A program made the translations under genes and the position numbers. Below, in pieces: positions 33,366-45,854 of a DNA stretch of 64,000 nt. The notes beneath the pieces were generated by a model. The model worked only from the letters and a program-made list of their open reading frames with translations. It searched no databases and had not been told where the DNA came from. Numbering within the stretch: position 1 is the first letter of the stretch; each line of letters starts with the position of its first letter. Source of the stretch: Eukaryota sp. TZLM1-RC (Eukaryota > Protista > Metamonada: BaSk clade); the NCBI GenBank assembly GCA_040285825.1, contig JAUPSS010000013.1, positions 434,001-498,000 of the forward strand, written 5' to 3'.

Positions 33366-33686
33366 TTAAATACGTCTCAGAATAATGATGTATAAAGGCG
33401 CTTTTTCCTTCTTGGCGATAACGGCCTTTAATGAATTCAGTTTTTTAGTGCCAGTGTATCCTTTACAAGTGAGAAGATGTTCAGAGGAAAAGCGAGTTGT
33501 GTTGCGGTTGAGAAATATTGAAGCACATCCAAAGCAGTACAAGTCAAATTGAGAAGAGGTTTTCGTGTTCCGTGATGCAACCATACCCCAGAGAGGATTT
33601 TTTGTTCTGGTAACTTTTATGGTAAAGTCACTGGGAGAAGTTTTATTGGGTGATGGAGGATAGACACAAGGAGAAAATGGTGCCAT
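33366..33686 (-). mobile_element. BED zinc-finger-like fragment (hAT-type transposase N-terminus)
   Basis: NPLW...YCFGC...NTTRF..HLLTC pattern. Confidence 0.45.
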
Positions 33687-34103
33687 AGATAGGAATGGAT
33701 AGATTTTGAATGACGAATTTGAACAACAAACAAAAGTCATAAAACACTGTAATCGTTATAATAGGTAATTGTCTTGTTGTTAGCAACTATAATGCTTGTT
33801 TCAATAGGTGACCTACATGCTCTAATAATTTTAGATAATGCTACAAAAATACAGAAATACAAGCATTTTTTGGACTCTGAAAAATACAAAAATACACAAT
33901 AATACAGTGTATTTGCATTTTCCATGTATGCTTTTTAGTGGTGAATTAAAAATGTCAATATACATCAATCAGTCATGTTGACTAGAAGCTCTCTGATAGT
34001 GGACGATATAAAGTAGACAAAAAACAGTGCGTTATTCAAATGTTTAGTAATTGAAACAACTACAATGTATTTATTATATACTTATTGTTACCAGAATAAA
34101 TTG

Positions 34104-34778
34104 TTATTTGTTTGCAACGTTTTCCAATTGTATGGTAAAGTTGAATGCAACACTACGACCAGTTTTAGAGATATCAATATTAGCAGTAGCAATGTCACGC
34201 ATTATTTTAGCACCGGATAAGGCGCGTTTTTTTGCTGGAGAAGATAGGTTCTTGATTTCTTGTTTGAGGGCTTTGATTATCTCATTGTCCAATCTACAGT
34301 GCTCTATTCTGTTCGTATCACGATCTTCCATAGAAAGGTTCAAATTGTTATTCAATACCTCGTGAAGAACGGCAACATATTGATCAATGGTCAGATGACG
34401 ACCATGCCTATGTTTGATCAGCTCCAGGCCAACACTTAAACTTACACCATGAGCGACCTCATCTGAGCTCACAGAATTACTTGGATCGGAGTCCCTGAAC
34501 AACTTCTGCTTGTATTGATCTCGAATGTCACTGGTTTTGAGAGCATTTGGATCGATAGCATACTGAATACTGCGGCAGATTGAAAAACGTCTATCAAAGC
34601 TTCCATCACATTTTAACCTTGCCCATTCGCGGCGAAACATCACAGAATCTGGATCAGGATCACCCAATGAGGTGACTTTTAAATAATTGTTTTTTACAGC
34701 GGCACTATTCCTATCAACAGTATTGTTGGAGTTCAGGCGAATAGCTAATCTGGCAGCCAAAGAAATGGGATGTGTCAT
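34104..34778 (-). CDS. Unknown 224-aa ORF directly downstream of an integrase remnant
   Basis: Intact ORF starting 21 bp after the stop of the integrase-chromodomain frame. Confidence 0.55.
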   Translation of the reverse strand: MTHPISLAARLAIRLNSNNTVDRNSAAVKNNYLKVTSLGDPDPDSVMFRREWARLKCDGSFDRRFSICRSIQYAIDPNALKTSDIRDQYKQKLFRDSDPSNSVSSDEVAHGVSLSVGLELIKHRHGRHLTIDQYVAVLHEVLNNNLNLSMEDRDTNRIEHCRLDNEIIKALKQEIKNLSSPAKKRALSGAKIMRDIATANIDISKTGRSVAFNFTIQLENVANK

Positions 34779-34798
34779 CAGTGTTGTTATTATTGTTT

Positions 34799-35470
34799 TT
34801 AGATAGGACCAGGAAAATACATGGACAGTTTTCTTGTATTTTGCAACACTGATGCCTCTTCTGAATGTTTAACTGAATGGAGAGGCTCTTCTGTTGTCTC
34901 TCCGTCAAACCATTGCACAGTGCAGAAACTACCTAAATCAGAGCTATATTCTGAGAGGATTTTCTCTAAAACGTGTTTTTCCACATCGCCTGCTGCGACG
35001 GCTTTGAGGAACTCTATGTCCTGTTGATTTTCTGCGTTATAGATTTTACAATCTTTCTTGGCAGCTTTTAATTCTGTGCCAGTAGTAAGATTCTTCAATA
35101 TTAAAGTGGATTTGGAAGGTCAAGGTCAATAACTAAAAATGGTCCATTCCAAGATCCATGCAATTTATTATTTTGCTTGGTTTCACGTAAGACGTAGTCA
35201 CATATTAAATAATATGAAACACGAATTAGTATCATCTACTGCAGTCGGAGTATAAAATGTTTGGTGATGCTCTGCTTCTTCCGTTTATTCTTGTAGACGA
35301 GTGTTTTTCATTTTAATGTCATCTAATAAAGGGATATTAGTTTCAAATTTGGATAAATTTCCTAATATATTGGCAGGGTCTGTTGTTGGACTAATCGAAG
35401 AACCGAACATAAGTTCGTATGGGGTAAAACTAATTTTTCTGCTTTTAGTAGAATTTATTAACAGTTGAGA
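34799..35470 (-). mobile_element. Degenerate gypsy-type integrase C-terminus with chromodomain-like tail
   Basis: TPYELMFGS, KLHGSWNGPFLVID, KNLTTG, VAAGDVEKHVLEKIL..CTVQW; homologous to 10700-11330. Confidence 0.85.
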
Positions 35471-35479
35471 TACAATTGA

Positions 35480-37088
35480 TCTCCGACTTAATTACTTAAA
35501 TGTGTTTTGTTATCGAATTCTCCAGTTTCCACAGTAGTTGATAGCATTAAAATTCAAGAAAAAATTATATTCAATTGATGCTATTCGTCATTTGGGTTCG
35601 TTTTTTGAAAATAATGATGAAATTACCAAAAAATTGTTTGAAAAGTTGAACTCAATTTCTGACAAAATTGACCGAATGATGAATTTAGATATAAAAAAAC
35701 ACATCAAATTTACCATTATAAGACTGTGTTTTAGTTCCAACTTCAATCATATATTTCGATCTACAAATCCTCTTGTCACTAGACCTTTGGCTCAGAAGTT
35801 TGATGAATTACGTGCAAAAGTTCTGTCGCAATTACTGGGATGTAAAATGTTTCAAATTCCAGATCATGCTTACCTTAGTCCACATTATGGCGGTTTCGGG
35901 TAGACGAAGGCTTCTATTCTTACATCGTGTGCTTTTGTTGGTGGATGCAGAAATGCAATCTTTGAGTTTACTAAAAGATTTGCAGATTGGGAAGATTTAT
36001 TGATGACAACGCAAAGTTCCACTGTTTTTGCATTAAATGAAGAAATTTCAAAAATTGATGTAGCAAAATGGGGTCGATGTTTTCCCCAATCATTCAATGG
36101 CAATATTCCAGAAAAATTGTTTTAAATTTGAAGTACACTCTTCGAACATTACAGAAACGATTGACTGGAATGTATGAAAATGATCTTTATAATAATATAT
36201 GCAGCTCGGCTGTTTTAAATCAAGATCTTCATTCATTGTTATTGGAAAAGGGTGTTTGTGAAAACAAGTTATCAGATTCTTCACTTTTTGTAACCATTGT
36301 ACCACGAAGATTTTGATTGTGTGCCACTAATGAAGCATTTGTAACAAAAAAGAGATTATTTGAATATCCCCATTAATCAATTATTATCAGAAGAAAAATG
36401 TATTTGTTCGAATTCACCTCAACTCACTTTGCGCCATGCACTGAATTGCTCTAAATTGATAACTTATCGTTCTTCATTACATGATGCTGTCACTGTTTTC
36501 AATATGGCAAAAACTGCAAAAATATCGTGTATCAAAGAGCCTCTGCTGAAGGAAACACTTTCTCTGAATAATTTTGGTTCTGATGACAGAAATGATGTAT
36601 GCTGTGATTGGATTGACAATTCTGAAGTTATTGTTGACTTTGTATCATGTAATGTTGCAATTGATACTTTGGTTCACAGAAGAAAACTTAATCCTGTGAC
36701 TGCTCTGGATTTTAAAGCAAAAGAAAAGCATAGAAAATATGATAAAGATATTGAAGAGGCTTTTTGCCGATAGAAATACACAGCTGGTTTTTATTGCTTT
36801 CCCATTTTCGATAAACGGAAGACAATCAGTAGAAGCAGGAACTTTTTTGAATGACTACGAAAAACGTTTCAAGAAAAAAACAATGAAAAGAATTGATGTT
36901 TTATTATGGCGCTCTCGGATTCAATTTTCCATTATTAATAGATTGCCTCGGTTTTACAATCGAATAAGGGAAGCTTTAGCTAGACAGCAAGCAGATCAAG
37001 ATTTTGTAGAGGAAATCTTGGTTCAATGATAGTCGTCCCTTTAGTTATGATGAGTTAATTTAATTAAGTGTGCAAATTCAATAAATAC
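35480..37088 (+). mobile_element. 5'-truncated degenerate CRE-like retrotransposon (family B)
   Basis: RT thumb GGFG, C.C..HALNC, HDAV, RLE region D..D..V.D, KHRKY, FPFSING, WRSRIQF; paralogous to 38530-39690. Confidence 0.9.
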
Positions 37089-37089
37089 A

Positions 37090-37290
37090 AATGCATCTAA
37101 CAGAAAATTTGCGAAAGCCTGATTTTCTATTTTAGCCAAGACGAACATTGTTAGTTTTTTTGCAGTTTTTTTACACAACACCACAAATTAACTGGTGTTG
37201 CAGATGGAATTTCCTGCACAATGTCGAGAAAACATTCACTCCAGATTTCAGGAGGCAGACAATCATTTTTAAGGTCTTTTAAATAAATAT
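37090..37290 (-). mobile_element. Internal fragment of another CRE-like family
   Basis: LPPEIWSECFLDIVQEIP...NQAFANFL, homologous to family A. Confidence 0.65.
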
Positions 37291-37685
37291 TTATCAGTTA
37301 CAAAAATTAAAAACAAAAAATCCCCCACAGTGCATTTTAAAACTGAAAAATTATAGAATACTTTTATAATTGAATTATGATACACTGTTGATGACAACGC
37401 TACCCAACCTCGATCCACTGATAACATATTTCAGACAAAATCTGAAAATCCAACTAGAAAACAAAACAAATTAAATAAATTCCAAATCTCAGAAACTAAC
37501 AGTAATTCTAGTAAGCGTTGAGTAGTAATGATTATCCCCAAACCAATTCTACAAATATAGTTTTGCCATAGGAACCCACAATAACAAGGTTGAACGTCAT
37601 AGTACAGAGCAGGACGCATGAACTACTACGTTGAATCATCCAAATGCAGTGGAAAAAACGGTTCTGATTCAAAAGACAGATGCAT

Positions 37686-38093
37686 CTAAATGTCATCGTC
37701 GTCATCAGTGTCTCCATCACCACTGTCCTCGCCAGAGACGTCCACATCTGACTCAGACGAACCCAGAGGTGCATCTTCATCAACTTCAGTAAAAGGACGT
37801 TCCTTTTCTAGACCATCCAACATAAAGTCCATGTATTGATCAACTACAACACCCAAGGCGAGGAGTGAACCAAATCTCATTCTTTCCATGAGATGTGGTG
37901 GAGCAATAGATGCAGCATATTCATTAATGGCTCCCAATAAATCGGGATCCGGAAAGAGCTCCTTGTTTTCAGCGTCCTCGCCGGTCTCAAGTTCATGTAG
38001 GGCAGAACGTACAGCAGGATAGTCCAACACCTTACCATTCTTCTTTCCAAATAGGAAGTTTGCCATTTTCTTAACCCTCTGTGAGTCCACCAT
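37686..38093 (-). CDS. Rrn10-like (RNA polymerase I upstream activation factor subunit-like) protein with acidic tail
   Basis: FPDPDLLGAINEYAA and GSLLALGVVVDQ resemble fungal Rrn10 blocks LP.SDLL.AIH.YAS and ALLALGIL.EE. Confidence 0.5.
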   Translation of the reverse strand: MVDSQRVKKMANFLFGKKNGKVLDYPAVRSALHELETGEDAENKELFPDPDLLGAINEYAASIAPPHLMERMRFGSLLALGVVVDQYMDFMLDGLEKERPFTEVDEDAPLGSSESDVDVSGEDSGDGDTDDDDDI

Positions 38094-38529
38094 TAAAGCA
38101 GAAGAAGGTAATTGCTATAAAGATCTTTGGATGAATGGTTTGAAAGTTGTGTTGTAGGGAATTAAAAAGATGGAAGCCTGTTTTCTATTTTCCTTTTTGT
38201 TAATTTGTCAGCTTCTCAGTTGCAGCATAAAACTTCTCCTCTCTACAATGTCTTTATTACATGTCCAGGTTGTACAATCTTTACGGATATGCGTTAGCAT
38301 TTGAAAAACAGAAGAGGACAAAGTTTTATGCCAACAGTTCACACAATTCCAAAAAATTCAAATGTCAACAAATAAATATAAAATAAAATAAAATTTTGCT
38401 TATTTCTTTCGATAGCTGAGCAGAACATTTCAGTAAATTGCTAGTAGACACCGAACAGAATCCAAAGCATGTCCATCTCGTAAAAACGTAAATGACAATT
38501 TCACCGTTGATTAACTCAATATTAACAAA

Positions 38530-39690
38530 TTTTTGTTGGTGGATGCAGAAATGCAATCTTTGAGTTCTCCGAAAGATTTGCAGATTGGGAAGATTTATTG
38601 ATGACAACGCAAAGTTCCACTGTTTTTGCATTAAATGAAGAAATTTCAAGAATTGATGTAGACAAATGGGGTCGATGTTTTCCCCAATCATTCAATGGCA
38701 ATATTCCAGAAAAAAATGTTTTAAATTTGAAGTACACTCTTCGAACATTACAGAAAAGATTGACTGGAATGTATGAAAAAGATCTTTATAATAATATTTG
38801 CAGCTCGGCTGTTTTAAATCAAGATCTTCACTCATTGTTATTGGAAAAGGGTGTTTGTGAAAACAAGGTGTCAGATTCTTCACTTTTTGTAACCATTGTA
38901 CCACGAAGATTTGGATTGTGTGCTACTAATGAAGCATTTGTAACAAAAATGAGATTATATTTGAACATCCCCATTAACCAATTATTATCAAAAGAAAAAT
39001 GTATTTGTTCGAATTCACCTCAACTCACTTTGCGCCATGCTCTAAATTGCTCTAAATTGATAACTTATCGTTCTTCATTACATGATGCTGTTAGAGACAC
39101 TGTTTTCAATATGGCACAAACTGCAAGGATATCGTGTATCAAAGAGCCCCTGCTGAAAGAAACACTTTCTCTGAATAATTTTGGTTCTGATGATAGAGGT
39201 GATGTATACTGTGATTGGATTGATAATTCTGAAGCTATTGTTGACTTTGTCTCATGTAATGTTGCAAACGATACTTTTGGTTCACAGAAGAAAAACTTAA
39301 TCCTGTGGCTGCTCTGGATTTTAAAGCAAAAGAAAAACATAGAAAATATGATAAAGAAATTGAAGATGCAAATATCGATAGAAATACACAGCTGGTTTTT
39401 ATTGCTTTTCCATTTTCGATAAATGGAAGATTATCAGTTGAAGCAGAAACTTTTTTGGATGACTTCCAAAAAATGGTGAAAGCAAAAACAATGAAAAGAT
39501 TTGATATTTTTTTATGGCGTTCACGGATTCAATTTGCCATTATTAATAGATTACCGCGGTTTTTCAATCGAATTAGAGAAGCTTTAGCTAGACAGCAAGC
39601 AAATCAAGATTTTGTAGAGGAAATCTTGGTTTAATGATAGTCGTCCCATTAGTTATGATTTAATTTAATCAAGTGTGCAAATTCAATAAA
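38530..39690 (+). mobile_element. 5'-truncated CRE-like retrotransposon (family B)
   Basis: RGDVYCDW RLE motif and CCHC-like finger; ends with AATTCAATAAA. Confidence 0.9.
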
Positions 39691-40424
39691 TTAAAGAATA
39701 TATTAACAAAATTGAATGAAGAAGAATATTCAAAGATGAAAATTCCTGAAACCACATTCAAACATTCACCCAAATTAAAAGTTCCATAAACTTGAATAAT
39801 GGCGATTGAAGTAAGAACCAGATCATCGGTAGAATTACCATTCAACACACCATCACCAACCATTACATTTTCAATAAGCAGAGTTGAAGTGTTCAACCTG
39901 TTCTGCTACCAGAAAAGGAACCCACACTAGGTTTTTTCAACTCAAACATACTTGTAATTGTATTTTTGCTACTCTTTATTTAACTTGGAATTCAACCTTC
40001 ATTGTAATCACAAAAGAAATGACCCATCATTCCAAATTATAAAAAAGCTGACAAAGAAAAACAACCAGTTAGGTAAATTTAACATTGTTTTTGAATACTC
40101 TCAGATGCTTAAGAAATTACTTCAACCAAGAAAAATCTGAACTTGCACTCACAGCATCTGGAAAAATTATGGAACAGTACAAATTCAATAATCAGTAAGG
40201 CAGCAAAGGTGATTATTGGTTTTAACTGACTGATTTCCGGTTGCAATATATAGGCTCTCAGTGTCCAAAACGACCACTTCATGTGTTGCATGGAAACTCA
40301 CTCATAGAGTTATGTGACCTTCTCCTGAGACCTACGTCTGGAGGATATTGAATAAGGCAGTTCACATAATTCAAACTAGTTGTGTAATTTTCCATCTTTG
40401 AACTATGTGTATACTCGAATAAAT

Positions 40425-40475
40425 CAGAGTTGAAGAAGTAAGAGTTGAAGAAGTTGAAGAGAGTTGAAGAAGTAA
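40425..40475 (+). repeat. Short tandem repeat (AGAGTTGAAGA) upstream of HSBP1
   Basis: About 4 imperfect copies. Confidence 0.7.
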
Positions 40476-40567
40476 TCTCATCAAGAGTATAAACCTAGAC
40501 ACATTGTCTCCAAGTCTAAGCAATTACAAAATGAAATCAAGGGAAAATCATTTCACAACATCTACAC

Positions 40568-40780
40568 ATGTCTTCTCCGTCTCAAGCCCCTCAAACCCCT
40601 GAAGAACTCACCACTTTCGTTCAGTCTCTTCTTCAGCAGATGCAAAGTCGCTTTGAAACAATGTCAGATACCATTCTCAAAAGAATCGATGAGATGGGTA
40701 CTCGTATTGACGAACTAGAAGGAGGTGTCACTCAACTCCTGGAAGACGCCGGTGTCTCATCTGAAAAGCGTGAAAGTTAA
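40568..40780 (+). CDS. HSBP1: Heat shock factor binding protein 1
   Basis: ELTTFVQSLLQQMQSRFETMSDTILKRIDEMGTRIDELE. Confidence 0.93.
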   Translation: MSSPSQAPQTPEELTTFVQSLLQQMQSRFETMSDTILKRIDEMGTRIDELEGGVTQLLEDAGVSSEKRES

Positions 40781-40870
40781 TCATTATGTGTCTACATTGT
40801 TTTTACATCAAAGCTTTCACCATTAATTATGTATTTATATTCCAAAAACTAGTGATTAACTAAAATAAAA

Positions 40871-41908
40871 CTATTGTTCTTCTTCTTCATCTGACTCTAC
40901 TGCAAGTTCAGCACGTTCTCTTTCCATATCTACAAAGTAAGACTCATCAAAATAATGTAGACGAGAGTAACCATCCTCAGCACCAGTCACAAAAGAATCA
41001 CCTGTAGGAGAAAATCGAAGTGAATGCATTGGACCAAAGTGAGTCTTAATTTCACCAAGGAAATCACCATAGACAGTATCCCAGAACCTGGCAGTGAATT
41101 TGTCTGCCACGTCAGCATTGTATGACACAGTGACATGAGCAGCTTCCATACCTCCACCTCCACCTACATGGCATCTGATGGGGGAGAGGGCGGCGGTGTT
41201 CATGGGTACGGAGGTCTTAAAAGTGCGGATAGAAGTTGGTGGAAGCTCCGTACAATCCCATAGTTTTATGGAGTTGTCTGAGGAAGCTGTCACGAAATGT
41301 GTTCGGTCTTGGGAGAAGTGGATATCATTAATGGCCTGCAAGTGGGCTTTGACTGTATGTAAAACTTCTCCAGAAGTAGAATCACAGACAAAAAGGTCAC
41401 CGTTCTCGTCACCTGCCAGAATAGTCTTATTCTCAGGACCCCAAGATGCCACGTTGATTCTACGTACAAAAGGACCGATTTGGAGACTTAGGGCACATTT
41501 TGGAACTTCTTCACCCTCATACTGGGCAAATGAGAAGACAAAAACAAAAGGTTCTTGCTTCATATCATTTGTTTGAACGGCAAGGAAGTTGACATCTCCA
41601 CTAGCAAACTCAACACAGCGAATTGGTGCCTTGAGAGTAACAGAAGATAACTCCTTTCCAGTTTGAGTTTGCCAAATTCGAACTGTCCGATCAGCTGATC
41701 CAGAAATGATGTGTTTTGAGTTTGTAGTGCAATCAACACTGTGAACGGCACCTTCGTGACCCTTATAAAAGCCTAAGAAGGACCCATTTGCTGCACGCCA
41801 ACAGGAAACAAGATTATCTTTTCCAGCAGTGAAAATGAGATCGCCGTCGGCATTAAACCGAACACATGTAACGGGTCTGGTGTGCGCTTTCTGAACAAGA
41901 GGACGCAT
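40871..41908 (-). CDS. EIF3I: Eukaryotic translation initiation factor 3 subunit I (WD40)
   Basis: MRP....H.RP.T...N.DGDL, GGGMEA..VT, HFGP, GAEDGY.RLH.FD..YF. Confidence 0.93.
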   Translation of the reverse strand: MRPLVQKAHTRPVTCVRFNADGDLIFTAGKDNLVSCWRAANGSFLGFYKGHEGAVHSVDCTTNSKHIISGSADRTVRIWQTQTGKELSSVTLKAPIRCVEFASGDVNFLAVQTNDMKQEPFVFVFSFAQYEGEEVPKCALSLQIGPFVRRINVASWGPENKTILAGDENGDLFVCDSTSGEVLHTVKAHLQAINDIHFSQDRTHFVTASSDNSIKLWDCTELPPTSIRTFKTSVPMNTAALSPIRCHVGGGGGMEAAHVTVSYNADVADKFTARFWDTVYGDFLGEIKTHFGPMHSLRFSPTGDSFVTGAEDGYSRLHYFDESYFVDMERERAELAVESDEEEEQ

Positions 41909-42454
41909 AAGTTGATCTGATGGGTATATTGAATGGTATGCTCTTTTTGAAGAAAATTATCTTCAAAAACTTCATATCAGGACTCCACAAAAGTCAAGAG
42001 ACAAACTATGAATAAACAACAATGGCTCTCCATTTGTTTGACACATTGAATAATGGACATGTATTGGATTCTTAGATCCATTTTTGATTTTGCTAAATCT
42101 CAAATCTATTGCTGGGGAAATGACTTCCATTGTCGCAATGATTTTTAGACTTTTCTACTTGAAGTTCTATTTGAAAGTGATTATCACCAAAAAGTATCAC
42201 ATTCTTTTATTTTTTTTATCCTGCATCCAAAACATGTGCGTGCGATGGGTGCGATATTGATGTGTTTTTGTATTAATTGTTTTGATGGTTTTGAAGATAT
42301 TGAAATATTAGTCTAGTGTTTTTCCTAGAATTGATTCAACAATAACAAAAACCTTTACACATGTATGCATTTATTTACTCATAATTTCTACAATATCTTT
42401 GAGTAATTTTTTATTACATTCCGATTAAACTGCTGTCATTTTTATTTCTATACT

Positions 42455-42721
42455 AGTTGTATCCATTTGTATTTTCTCTATTTGGTTTACTTTCTCCAAC
42501 GGCTATACGTTTTTTGGCAGATTTTTGAAATAATTGTAAAGAGAAGAACCAACAGAAACTTCAACAGATTGTTTTGGTAAAATAGAATTGTGTTTTCAAT
42601 TTTCAAGGGGATGTTGAAGATGGTTTCTGATACTTTGCTTTCTCTTGAATCTCACTATGAGAAAGCTGCATCTAGTGTTTTTGTTTTGGGAGAGATGGAT
42701 TATTTAGATGTTGATTCATAA
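42455..42721 (+). mobile_element. 3' fragment of CRE-like family A
   Basis: Matches 51490-51751. Confidence 0.85.
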
Positions 42722-42786
42722 GTTTTCTAATATATATATATATTGTTTTTAAAAACTGGAATATTTATTGAGATAAAAAAACCCAT

Positions 42787-43262
42787 CTAGAATTCAATAT
42801 CATCCAAACAAGCGTCACTATTACTGAACCTACTCACAGCATTACGTTCATATTCTACACCAATAGCTAAAAGTGCCTTTGAAATCATTGTTGGAATAGA
42901 TTTGAAAATGCAAAAAACAATTCTATTTAACCAGAAAGTGGAGTATATTGTCTTACCAGACCTATTCAGTAACACTTTTTTAAAATTTTCAAAAAAGTGC
43001 AACCCTGAAGGTCCAATATTGCCAAAAAGAGAAATTGCCAACGGCACAAACTGATATTTCACATGTTCCACTCTACCTAATTGTGCCAAAGGTTCTTCAA
43101 ATTTTTTTATCTTCTTTTTTTGGCATTAGATAACGGCGAATCAGCGGAATACACTAAACGAGCAGCAGAATTTTTGCAAACATCAACTGAGACAACATCT
43201 ACAACATTGAGAACACCATCGATCCCTGGAGCTACTGAATGTGCCCTTCTTTTATCAAAGGA
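42787..43262 (-). mobile_element. 3' fragment of CRE-like family E, tail-to-tail with the family A fragment
   Basis: D.VSVD, FVPLAISLFGNIG, WLNRIVF. Confidence 0.8.
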
Positions 43263-43591
43263 ATCATAAGTATTTGAAAAAAAATATATTTTTGCTATAA
43301 ATAATTTTAATAATTAATAGCTATAACTCAAATATATTTATATTTCTCCTTAATTTGTTGATTCTCAAACCCTCATGATCACAAACATAATAATGTTATC
43401 GACAAATTTTGGGACAAATCGATGACTTGATGGAACCCAAGAAGAGTATTCAAACCCGTGTTCCAACCCGTGTTCCTGGTGAAATGTAGTTGACTGAAAA
43501 TGCAAAATCACCTCCTGCTTCACTTCTTACATTATAACACCTTGTTCCTTCAATCTATTTCAAGCTCATCAAACACTGTTGATTAACATTC

Positions 43592-44761
43592 ATGGGAAAC
43601 TCTAACCGCAACGTTATCATCTTATTTCTTGAGTTTTTATTTAAGCACAAACTGTCATCTTCCATCAACTCAATCCTGGTTCATCTTGCTTTGCTCGTGG
43701 TTACCGGAATCGCAATAGGTCTTTCGGTTCTCTCGTTTTTGTTTGAGTTAAAACTGATCAATTTTATCGGTTTTTGGTTTTTGCTTTGTTGCTTCATCGT
43801 TATCTATGCTACATGGCCAGCTATCTCTAGCATAGTTTTCCCTGTTGAGTCGCGAACTAGCTTTAAATTTCGTTTGTTCTTCTTCCTGATCGTTGCTGCT
43901 TCTCCTTTCTTTATCGCCATGTTGTCACACTTCTTCCTCTACCTTTCAACATCACCTGTGTCCTTCTTTCTGGACGAACCTCTGGAAGATTCTTATGGAT
44001 ATTGCCTCAACACTCAAGGTTTCTGTCACCTCTACCACGACGTTGATTGGAGCTTCACCTTTATTCCCATATTAAAGTTTCTGCTTATTCTTCTACCAGC
44101 CTTTTACTTTGTAGTTCCAGCGATCATCATGATATTTGGGTGCTTTGGTGCTGGTCTCCTTTGGGTCATTCGCAACGGGGATGACTACTACTCATTTGAT
44201 GGTGAATATTTCAAATATTGGTGCTTTTTGTCGACATTTTGGTCTTGCTATCCAGGTTGTGTGGTGTTTTCTTTATCAATATCGACTTATATTTTAATTA
44301 ATTCAAATGCTGCTCTATTTTCAAGTTATTCAAATAGTTTGCTTCATTTCTTTCTTTTACTCTGTTTGTGTTGCTACAATGTCTGCCGAATTATTACAAT
44401 GAAAAAGCATTGTGATTTTAAGCAGGGTTTAATTAGACTTTGGTATGGATACTTTGTTTTTATTACCTGTATTTCATTGTTTTCGTTGAGTAATTATATT
44501 GGAAGAATCATTATGATTTTTTCCAACCTCATTTTTGGCACTTGTTTAGTTGAATCACTTTGCATCTTCTCTCCTGATGAATATAGTTTGGCCGAAAACT
44601 TGGTGTCATTCATTGTTGCTGGAATTGTCTTTTTAGTGCTTGGATTGGTGATATTAATCTACTCGAAAGTTTTTCAATGTTGTTCACAATTTTGTAAAGA
44701 ATTTAATGAATTTGCAGAAGAAAATAGAGAAACAAAGGAAACTGAAATTGTTTATGCTTGA
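43592..44761 (+). CDS. Multi-pass membrane protein of unknown function
   Basis: 389-aa ORF with about 8-9 hydrophobic segments. Confidence 0.8.
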   Translation: MGNSNRNVIILFLEFLFKHKLSSSINSILVHLALLVVTGIAIGLSVLSFLFELKLINFIGFWFLLCCFIVIYATWPAISSIVFPVESRTSFKFRLFFFLIVAASPFFIAMLSHFFLYLSTSPVSFFLDEPLEDSYGYCLNTQGFCHLYHDVDWSFTFIPILKFLLILLPAFYFVVPAIIMIFGCFGAGLLWVIRNGDDYYSFDGEYFKYWCFLSTFWSCYPGCVVFSLSISTYILINSNAALFSSYSNSLLHFFLLLCLCCYNVCRIITMKKHCDFKQGLIRLWYGYFVFITCISLFSLSNYIGRIIMIFSNLIFGTCLVESLCIFSPDEYSLAENLVSFIVAGIVFLVLGLVILIYSKVFQCCSQFCKEFNEFAEENRETKETEIVYA

Positions 44762-45854
44762 TGGTTTTGGACCAAAAACATTAAGATCAAGACGACTGGC
44801 AAGTCTCCAATGGTCAAGTGAAGGAGCAGGAAAAGAGGGTATTATGAGCCCTGATGACGTTGATGATGATGTGAGGAAACGTGTATGATCACGAAGCCTG
44901 GAACTTTAATTGGTTTGTGGCTAAAAGGAATCCCGTAAAATTCCCAAACATCACCATTGATATCAATAATAAATAGAGATAATATATATATTCAATATAA
45001 TAATTAATAATAGGGGATAATAAAGATAAATAAATAACCCCTTTGAAGTTGAAAGAATCCTGGAAAATAGAGAGACAAAGGAAACTGTTGATGCTTGATG
45101 GTGGTAACTTTGGTTGTTTTTGGTTTTTCCAATGGAATTGTACAAATGTAGGACGTTCTTTTATAATTCGTTTTCATGTGTAATTACTTTATCTGTAAAA
45201 TCGATAAAGACACCTTTTGCTTCAATTTGATGATTTTTCTACATATTTTTTTCATATTTTTTAGGATAAAACAATTGCAATTTGAATCGGTATAAATTAT
45301 ATCGAAAATACTGCTAATGAACCAAAGTTATTATTCCTTCAACAACTTTCGTTTTTGAACTAAAAATTTATTTGGTGCTCACATGATCGTCCCCTTTTCA
45401 TGAGAAACCAAGTCTGGAGGTGCTATATCATCTTCTCTTTTTTCCCAAACAGTTGGCTATTTTGTTTTTAATTTTGTTTAATTTAATTAAATGTAAATAA
45501 ATTGAATTCAGTTTAATATAAAACTGATGACTATCCATCTCAAAATACAAGATGTCATTAATTTCAGCTTATCAGAAATAATAAATAAACCTGCCTTCTG
45601 TGGGGGGGTTCCACAATTGAAGATACCAAGTTTGATGACGAATAGCATCCAAATGAGAGGAGGAACGTTGATGTGTGAACCATCAGCAGGTGACTACGCA
45701 AAGTTCATTTGTATCTGCATTCAAGGAAGAAATGATAAATATTGACTCACAAAAATGGAAATGGTGTTGTTCTCTGTTATGCAAGAAAATACTAAAGGCG
45801 AGTAATTCATTTTCAGTTTTTTTTGACAAAATTTAATTAATTAATTACCAATAA

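Noticed and set aside
45060-45102. Short diverged copy of the 3' end of gene 43592-44761
   Set aside because: About 40 bp remnant of a local duplication; no further structure.
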